Shown here in pieces: positions 39,017-45,194 of a stretch of 45,194 bases of DNA. The notes beneath the pieces were generated by a model. The model was not told the origin of the DNA, did no database searches, and saw only the letters and a program-made list of their open reading frames with translations. The stretch is from the sequence record SRR31156797_3702. One strand, given 5' to 3'. The translations under genes were made by a program, and so were the position numbers. The stretch's first letter is position 1; each line of letters starts with the position of its first letter.

Positions 39017-40375
39017 ATGACGAATAACAAAAAACATACAGCAAATAATACGCCTGATATTGTGAAGGAGTTATCGTGGCTTGAAGATGTGCTGCGAACC
39101 CGGATTGCTTTGCACTTTGGCGAAGAGTGTGAATGCAGCCGGATTGAGGAGCTGGAGGCACCAAAACTTGTTAAACAGAATTCGGTGTATGCCAACCTGG
39201 TAAACCATTACAGGCTAAATCAGCCTGAGCGTATCACCCTGCTAATCACTTTGGCACCCCACCTGAAACCCCAGGCACTGGATATTTTTTTCAGGACAAA
39301 CGAAAAAACAAACCGGGGATTTACTGAATTTGGCGGAATCAGGGGAACAATGCACGGCGGCTTCCTGCCAACTGCCGAAACCGTTCTGTTCACGCTGGCC
39401 GGAAACGACATTGAACTCCGGATGAAGCATCAGCAACTTTTTAGCTCTGATCATATTTTTGCCAAACACAACATCCTGAAGATTGATGCACCCCCTGACA
39501 ATGAACCCATTTGGAGCGGTAGCCTGCAGCTCTCCGAAGAACTGATCGACCTGATCACCCTGGGGCAGATACGTAAGCCGGATTTCACCCGGAGTTTTCC
39601 CGCAAAGCGCATTTCCACCGAAATAACCTGGGATGAACTGGTACTCAACCATGAAACCATGGACCAGGTGCAGGAACTCATCACGTGGATTGCCCATGAA
39701 AAAACACTCATGGCCGACTGGGAACTGAGCCGCATTTTGAAACCCGGATACAAATGCTTGTTTCACGGCCCTTCGGGCACCGGGAAAACGCTCACGGCCA
39801 GCCTCATCGGGAAGCAGGTCGGGAAGGATGTTTACCGGATCGACCTGTCATCGGTGGTTTCGAAGTACATCGGGGAAACCGAAAAAAACCTGGAAAAAAT
39901 TTTCAACAAAGCGTCCCAATTGGATTGTATCCTGTTCTTTGATGAAGCCGATGCGTTGTTCGGGAAGCGTACCAACATCAGCGATGCCCACGACCGGTAT
40001 GCCAACCAGGAGGTGTCGTACCTGTTGCAGCGTGTGGAAGATTTCCCCGGGCTGGTTATCCTGGCCTCCAATTTTAAGAGTAACATGGACGATGCTTTTC
40101 TGCGAAGGTTTCAATCCATCATCCACTTCCCCATGCCGGAAGCAAAGGAAAGAAAACGCTTGTGGGAGCAATCTTTTTCCAAAAAAACAAAACTGGAAAA
40201 AGGCATGGATTTCTCGGAAATATCCAAAAAATACAAACTGGCCGGGGGGTCAATTATCAATGTCGTCAGGTATGCCTCCCTGATGTCGGTATCGAGAAAG
40301 TCCAATGTGATTAAACAAAGTGATGTTGTAAAAGGAATACGCCGCGAATTTCAAAAGGAAGGAAAGACGATCTGA
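39017..40375 (+). CDS. eCIS AAA+ ATPase (Afp15/Pvc15-like)
   Basis: Walker A GPSGTGKT, SKYIGETEKNL, Walker B LFFDEADALFGKR, DRYANQEVSYLLQR, DDAFLRRF. Confidence 0.95.
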   Translation: MTNNKKHTANNTPDIVKELSWLEDVLRTRIALHFGEECECSRIEELEAPKLVKQNSVYANLVNHYRLNQPERITLLITLAPHLKPQALDIFFRTNEKTNRGFTEFGGIRGTMHGGFLPTAETVLFTLAGNDIELRMKHQQLFSSDHIFAKHNILKIDAPPDNEPIWSGSLQLSEELIDLITLGQIRKPDFTRSFPAKRISTEITWDELVLNHETMDQVQELITWIAHEKTLMADWELSRILKPGYKCLFHGPSGTGKTLTASLIGKQVGKDVYRIDLSSVVSKYIGETEKNLEKIFNKASQLDCILFFDEADALFGKRTNISDAHDRYANQEVSYLLQRVEDFPGLVILASNFKSNMDDAFLRRFQSIIHFPMPEAKERKRLWEQSFSKKTKLEKGMDFSEISKKYKLAGGSIINVVRYASLMSVSRKSNVIKQSDVVKGIRREFQKEGKTI

Positions 40376-41181
40376 TGGGAAAAACCAGAAAATACAGAAG
40401 CTCCAACAGCTCATCCTGTAAACGAAAAATCGGCAACAATGCTGTGGTTGAAGAGTTGAAATACCGGAGCGTTGCTTCCGCACAGCAGGCAGCCATTCAA
40501 GAGAAGGATGGAAAAGCCAAGGAAAGCATCCGGATGCCACATTTGCGCAGTACCGCCGGCAGCATTTCGAATATGGGCAATTGTACCTGGGGCATCACAT
40601 CACCAGACAAACTTGGTGTTAAGACGCAGGTAGTGAAAGGCGGCAATAACTGGAAACTGGACGTAACGAACGTGAACTCCGTGATTAGAAGCCACAGCAG
40701 GTTGCTGTCCGGACAAAAAGAACCTGTCCCCGGAAATAACACCACCAAAACCAACTGGAAGGACCAGGTGAACGAGCTGAACAGATTGGGGTCCTGTGCA
40801 GGAAAGTGGTACATGATCAGAGCTGTGCGTGCCCACGAAAACATGCACGTAAAAGAGTGGAAAGACAATTTTGAAACCGATTGGGCAACACAACGCACAA
40901 ACATTGAAACACTTACTATTCCAGCGTCCGGTAATACCGAAAATTCAGATAAGGCACATAAAGCTCTCAGGGCCATGCCGGCTTTCAACAGTGCGAGAGA
41001 GACAACCAATGCCAGTGGCAACTATCCCACATTCTGGGGACTGGCAGATCCCAATGCGCAAACCAATGCTGCAGAGCAAAAGATCGTGGACCCGCGCATC
41101 GAATGGATTTGCAAATATGCCAAATGGAACAAGTGGAACCCGGCATCCAACGCAGTTTGTACGAACAAGAAAATAACATAA
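40375..41181 (+). CDS. Hypothetical protein with HExxH motif; candidate eCIS cargo
   Basis: TGATG coupling to the ATPase stop; basic Ser-rich N-terminus; AHENMH at 40831-40848. Confidence 0.6.
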   Translation: MGKTRKYRSSNSSSCKRKIGNNAVVEELKYRSVASAQQAAIQEKDGKAKESIRMPHLRSTAGSISNMGNCTWGITSPDKLGVKTQVVKGGNNWKLDVTNVNSVIRSHSRLLSGQKEPVPGNNTTKTNWKDQVNELNRLGSCAGKWYMIRAVRAHENMHVKEWKDNFETDWATQRTNIETLTIPASGNTENSDKAHKALRAMPAFNSARETTNASGNYPTFWGLADPNAQTNAAEQKIVDPRIEWICKYAKWNKWNPASNAVCTNKKIT

Positions 41182-41188
41182 CCATCAT

Positions 41189-43501
41189 ATGACTTCTAAA
41201 ACTTCGGAAACCAAAAGTATCAGCAGGCCAGTATCATCTGTTCCTGTTCAGGCCAAACTGAATGTAAATAAGCCCGGCGACCGCTACGAGGTGGAAGCAG
41301 ACCGGGCTGCAGCTTCGGTGATGAGCCACATAGAAGGAAAATCGAAAAACACGGATGCGGGACCGGCCAGCCTTGATATTTCCCGATTGCAAAATGGAGG
41401 TGGCCAAAATCAGCAGCAACGGTGTGGTGAAGAGGAAGAGATGCAAATGAAGATACAACGCCAGGCTGGGGAAGAGGAGGAGGAAATGCAGATGAAAGTC
41501 CAGCGTCAACCTGAGGAGGAGGAAGAGGAATTACAAATGAAAGTGCAACGACAAAGCGAGGAGGACGAAGAAGAGGAGGTTATACAGCCAAAAGTGCAAC
41601 GACAGGCGGAGGAAGAGGAAGAAGAGATGCAGATGAAGGTGCAGCGCTGTGGTGAGGAAGAAGAAGCCATACAATCAAAGGAAGATGGTTCGGGATCTTC
41701 AAACAACGGAACAACTCCGCAGGTGGAGAGACGGATAAACCAACGAAAAGGAGTAGGATCAACCCTCGATAGCAATGTAAAAGGAGAAATGGAAAGTGGA
41801 TTTGGAGCCGACTTCAGCAGTGTACGGGTTCACAACGATGCGGAAGCTTCCAAAATATCGTCAGATTTAAATGCACAGGCTTTCGCCACCGGAAACGATA
41901 TATATTTTAATGAAGGAAAATACCAGCCCGATACCTCATCGGGAAAATCCCTGCTGGCACACGAACTCACACATGTGGTACAGCAGAATGGGGGCTCTAA
42001 CGAAATCGCCCGAAAATCGGCGGCCGGAGAACTTGTGGTGGAAAAACCCGTGCACGACACTGCCGGAAACTCACCGCAGTACAAACACATTTCAGGACAA
42101 ACTGAAACTGAAATTCAGCGCGAAGTGGGAGACGTACCAGATGCCGGGCCAACAGGAGATACTGCCGATGCAGGCCCGTCTGATAGTGGTGGAGATTCGG
42201 GTGAAACCTCACCCTCAGATGATGGCGGTCCTCCACCCGACCCTGCTTCCCCCACTCTGAACATTACACCGGGAAATACCCTGACCCGCGGCGAAACCCT
42301 CAAGGCAACCATCATGTTTCAGCCCAACGGCGATGAAACCTACAATGTTACAGCATGGCAATTTTCAACTGCCGATCATGGAAACATCAGCCGGCCACAG
42401 GGAGAAAGTGAGTTCCAAAACAAGTGGGATGGTAAAATGGCGGTTTCAGGAACTCTGACAGTTACTTTCAGGATTACGCCGGAAGGCGGCACTGAAGGGC
42501 CCGAACAAACGCTTGTTGAAGAAATCACCGTAGAAGACCGCACCGGAGATGATTGGGAGTCGGAGGTGGATGAACAACCCGAAACGCCATATAGCAGCTC
42601 TCCTTCACCACCAACCAGATTTCCTCACCTGGGCCATCACAGTGCAAACGTTACCAATCCCGATCCCGATCTGGAAACAATCGATGGAGGCCCCAACAAA
42701 GATCTCCGTTTTGTAAATACACTCGCTGCAGGAACCTATACATCACAAGGACAGATACATCCTGACCTGCTCAACAACACCAGTGATTTTTACACCTTCC
42801 ACCTGAATGCCGGAATTCTGTATATCGTTGAAGGAAACACCCGAACTGAAGTCCCCAGAGCAGAATACAGTGACCTTGAAATAGGCGAAGACAGTATAAG
42901 TTTTGATGTTCCTGATTGGGAGGCATTTTACAAAAGTCATGATATTGCCCGTGTGGTTGCTTATACCGAGGATGAAGAGAATACTTTTGTTGTGCCTGAA
43001 ACAGCATGGGAACTGGATGCCAATGAAGAGGATGCCGGGGCAAACATTACAGATGAAACCGTGGTGAGAAACGGCCTGGGTATCGGACAGGATGAGGGCT
43101 ATGGTTTCAGGTTGGAGTTTCCCAAAAGCTTTGAAGCCACCAAACTGATGCAGGCTCCCGACATTCTCACCGGCACCCGTAGTCACGAATATGCTCATGG
43201 AACACATAGCCACCGGGCAAATTTCCTGAAAATGATGCGTGCATTGGATCCGGAAAAGAAAATTGAAAATAAGGTGTCTTCCTCCCAGAGTACAGTAAAT
43301 TTCAGCAGATTACTGCGTGACTGGCGTGACGAAATCCTGGAACCCAATCATGAAATTGTGGACGAGGCAACATCCGAAGAGCAGGAAGAATTTACAGCAG
43401 TAAGCGGCGAAACCATGGCAGGCATAAACACAGACCCGGATACAGGTGCAAACCTGGGGGCCGTATGGAATATTTCTTCCAACCAGGCCATGGGCAACTA
43501 A
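41189..43501 (+). CDS. DUF4157 (eCIS core domain) protein with acidic repeats and uncharacterised C-terminal domain
   Basis: QAKLNVNKPGDRYEVEADRAA; FGADFSSVRVH...AQAFATGNDIYF..GKYQP....GKSLLAHELTHVVQQ. Confidence 0.9.
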   Translation: MTSKTSETKSISRPVSSVPVQAKLNVNKPGDRYEVEADRAAASVMSHIEGKSKNTDAGPASLDISRLQNGGGQNQQQRCGEEEEMQMKIQRQAGEEEEEMQMKVQRQPEEEEEELQMKVQRQSEEDEEEEVIQPKVQRQAEEEEEEMQMKVQRCGEEEEAIQSKEDGSGSSNNGTTPQVERRINQRKGVGSTLDSNVKGEMESGFGADFSSVRVHNDAEASKISSDLNAQAFATGNDIYFNEGKYQPDTSSGKSLLAHELTHVVQQNGGSNEIARKSAAGELVVEKPVHDTAGNSPQYKHISGQTETEIQREVGDVPDAGPTGDTADAGPSDSGGDSGETSPSDDGGPPPDPASPTLNITPGNTLTRGETLKATIMFQPNGDETYNVTAWQFSTADHGNISRPQGESEFQNKWDGKMAVSGTLTVTFRITPEGGTEGPEQTLVEEITVEDRTGDDWESEVDEQPETPYSSSPSPPTRFPHLGHHSANVTNPDPDLETIDGGPNKDLRFVNTLAAGTYTSQGQIHPDLLNNTSDFYTFHLNAGILYIVEGNTRTEVPRAEYSDLEIGEDSISFDVPDWEAFYKSHDIARVVAYTEDEENTFVVPETAWELDANEEDAGANITDETVVRNGLGIGQDEGYGFRLEFPKSFEATKLMQAPDILTGTRSHEYAHGTHSHRANFLKMMRALDPEKKIENKVSSSQSTVNFSRLLRDWRDEILEPNHEIVDEATSEEQEEFTAVSGETMAGINTDPDTGANLGAVWNISSNQAMGN
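41417..41679 (+). repeat. Six degenerate intragenic repeats (QRxxEEEEEMQMK; 39-51 nt)
   Basis: QRCGEEEEMQMKI / QRQAGEEEEEMQMKV / QRQPEEEEEELQMKV / QRQSEEDEEEEVIQPKV / QRQAEEEEEEMQMKV / QRCGEEEEAIQSK. Confidence 0.9.
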
Positions 43502-43613
43502 GTTTTGTTGCTAAAATCAACTCATGTTAGCATAAAGGAAATTACTAATGGATAAAAATATATTTTCGGCTGGTCCTTCACACCCCAACAGGACTTGAGT
43601 AAGTGAGATATAT

Positions 43614-45116
43614 ATGAAAGTATCAGCATCAAAAAGAGGTGGGAAGCGTACTGCAGGAAAAGCGGCAGCCCATGGTAAGGAGGGAGGGGACGGATCACGG
43701 AAAACCCTGATCTCAACTGCAGAAAATACGGAGGCCGAAAACAAGGGTGCATGTAAAGATACCAACTTCCCGCCCGGCGAAATATGGTTTGCCCATCCCG
43801 GCCTTTCATATATTCGTGCCGGCGAATCGCTGATGGGCTATGGTGCCAGGGGCAACGGCGTTTCATTGGTTCAGCAGGCCATTGTTGCCTGGGGCTGCGA
43901 TGAGGGAATCCACAACCTGCTGCCTGAATTTGGAGTAGACGGCATTTTTGCAAGCGAAACCCTTTCGGCCGTTAAGACATTCCAGAATGGGCACTTTATA
44001 AAAACAGACGGTATTGTTGGCCCCATTACAATGGGAAAACTCGACGCATTAATCGGTGGTGGCCAGCTTATTTGTCCTTCGGGGACGGCTCCGGCCTCTT
44101 TTGTTGCAGCCTCGGGAACCCAAACATCACGATCGGCAGCCTGCACACCCCCAGGAACTGTTCCACTGGGCAAAGGTTGTCCGTGTGGGTGCCCTTTACC
44201 CACACCATCCGGAGCCAACCCATCGGTGGGCGATATCTGCGAGGTGCAAAAAAATGCCACCTCAGTTGATGACAGCAACAGGCTCTTTTGTCCTTCCGAT
44301 GGCGACCCCGTAAAAATCCTGGCCAAAGAACCGGCCAATTTCGTTAAGGTGGAAATGCTGAAGCACAAAAACAAGGAAGTTCATATCAACCAGGACTTTT
44401 TAAAAAATTGTACCAAACCATCCATCCAGCCTGAAACCATTCTCCCGTCACCGGACGGTTCGGGAAAAAACCGTGTGGAAGTCGGCGTTGGGGAAAAGGT
44501 CAATTTCAGGGCCGGCTTAAAAGGCGACTGGTCGGTAACAAAAGGTACTCCGATAACACAAAATAACGTTGATCCTTTTGTATGGACGGCGCCAAACAGA
44601 GCTGATAACGTTACGGTTAAATTCAAGATAGGAAGTTTCACAGACACTGTCGTTATGGATGTAACCGAGCCTGATAAAATCACCGCAGACAAACTGAGTG
44701 AAATCAATCCGCCCGCAGGAAAAGTAGGTGCAGGGATGAAGTTGCGCTTCAATTACCACCCCAAAAATGTGTCGTTCGGGAATGTGGAGTCGAAGGAAGT
44801 ATCCGGGCCGGCATCGCATATTAAAGGCTACTACGAACAATTCTCAAAAAAAAGCCTGGCACACAATTCGGGCGACAACTTTTTTGATATCAGGAAAGAC
44901 AATAAGGATTCAGTGGTGGATACGGCCAGTGAATTCCGGAGCACAAAGCCATTTAAGTTTGGAACTTATGCCTGGGTTATTCCCAATAATTTCAAGGTGA
45001 AATCTGAAACGGGAGATGGCAAAAAATTCACTGATGTAACCCAGTTTTTCCACATGGTAAACAACACCGGAAAAATGCGTGTGCTTAAGGCAAGCGAAGA
45101 AGTTGAGAACCCTTAA
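43614..45116 (+). CDS. Peptidoglycan-binding domain protein with uncharacterised C-terminal domain; candidate cargo or release factor
   Basis: GARGNGVSLVQQAI...GVDGIFASETLSAVKTFQ....IKTDGIVGPITMGKL is PG_binding_1-like; Cys/Pro-rich linker; beta-rich C-terminus. Confidence 0.75.
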   Translation: MKVSASKRGGKRTAGKAAAHGKEGGDGSRKTLISTAENTEAENKGACKDTNFPPGEIWFAHPGLSYIRAGESLMGYGARGNGVSLVQQAIVAWGCDEGIHNLLPEFGVDGIFASETLSAVKTFQNGHFIKTDGIVGPITMGKLDALIGGGQLICPSGTAPASFVAASGTQTSRSAACTPPGTVPLGKGCPCGCPLPTPSGANPSVGDICEVQKNATSVDDSNRLFCPSDGDPVKILAKEPANFVKVEMLKHKNKEVHINQDFLKNCTKPSIQPETILPSPDGSGKNRVEVGVGEKVNFRAGLKGDWSVTKGTPITQNNVDPFVWTAPNRADNVTVKFKIGSFTDTVVMDVTEPDKITADKLSEINPPAGKVGAGMKLRFNYHPKNVSFGNVESKEVSGPASHIKGYYEQFSKKSLAHNSGDNFFDIRKDNKDSVVDTASEFRSTKPFKFGTYAWVIPNNFKVKSETGDGKKFTDVTQFFHMVNNTGKMRVLKASEEVENP

Positions 45117-45194
45117 CAACCCGGTAAGTTTTTCACAAACGCCTGTTTTTTAAAACAACCCTCCTAACTCAAGTTCCTAAAAAAAACTGAAAGG

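Larger units (their letters stand above)
16761..45116 (+). other. Extracellular contractile injection system (eCIS, Afp/PVC/MAC/BIS-like) gene cluster with candidate cargo genes
   Basis: Co-oriented cap, sheath, 2 tubes, LysM initiator, VgrG, PAAR, gp25, baseplate J, tape measure, AAA+ ATPase and DUF4157 genes; no capsid, terminase or portal; no T6SS membrane complex or ClpV. Confidence 0.95.

Noticed and set aside
16761-40375. Prophage or canonical T6SS interpretation of the tail genes
   Set aside because: No capsid, portal, terminase or integrase, and no TssJLM/TssK/ClpV. The DUF4255, CIS tape measure, Afp15-type ATPase and DUF4157 genes point to eCIS.
41417-41679. CRISPR-like or non-coding repeat
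   Set aside because: In-frame, codon-degenerate protein repeat within the DUF4157 ORF
1-45194. rRNA, tRNA, IS elements or integrase
   Set aside because: None recognised by eye; no transposase motifs or terminal repeats bounding the eCIS were found

Overview
Bacterial genomic DNA, most likely Bacteroidota: several genes have TAnnTTTG-type -7 promoter motifs upstream. The left ~16 kb is a mosaic of metabolic and signalling genes. It holds a CheB-CheR-PAS fusion with a partner hybrid histidine kinase, a type I pullulanase, a glucan branching enzyme, a dimethylargininase-family enzyme and a 1077-aa multi-Fe-S/FAD oxidoreductase fusion. It also holds two PIN toxin-antitoxin-like pairs, one with a frameshifted toxin. 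From 16761 to 45116 is a co-oriented extracellular contractile injection system (eCIS; Afp/PVC/MAC/BIS-like) locus of 18 genes. In order these are: DUF4255 cap, putative cap adaptor, one sheath, two tubes, a 53-aa plug-like gene missed by the ORF track, LysM tube initiator, VgrG, PAAR, gp25, two enlarged baseplate proteins, a 1573-aa fibre-like protein, tape measure, AAA+ ATPase and three candidate cargo/effector genes. The most unusual points are accessory domains grafted into the baseplate and fibre (ComEA-like helix-hairpin-helix, CBM5/12-like, tandem beta-sandwiches, Ig-like), uncharacterised HExxH-bearing cargo candidates, and a symmetric, helically phased heptamer palindrome inside the operon. 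All family calls come from motifs recognised by eye; no database searches were run.
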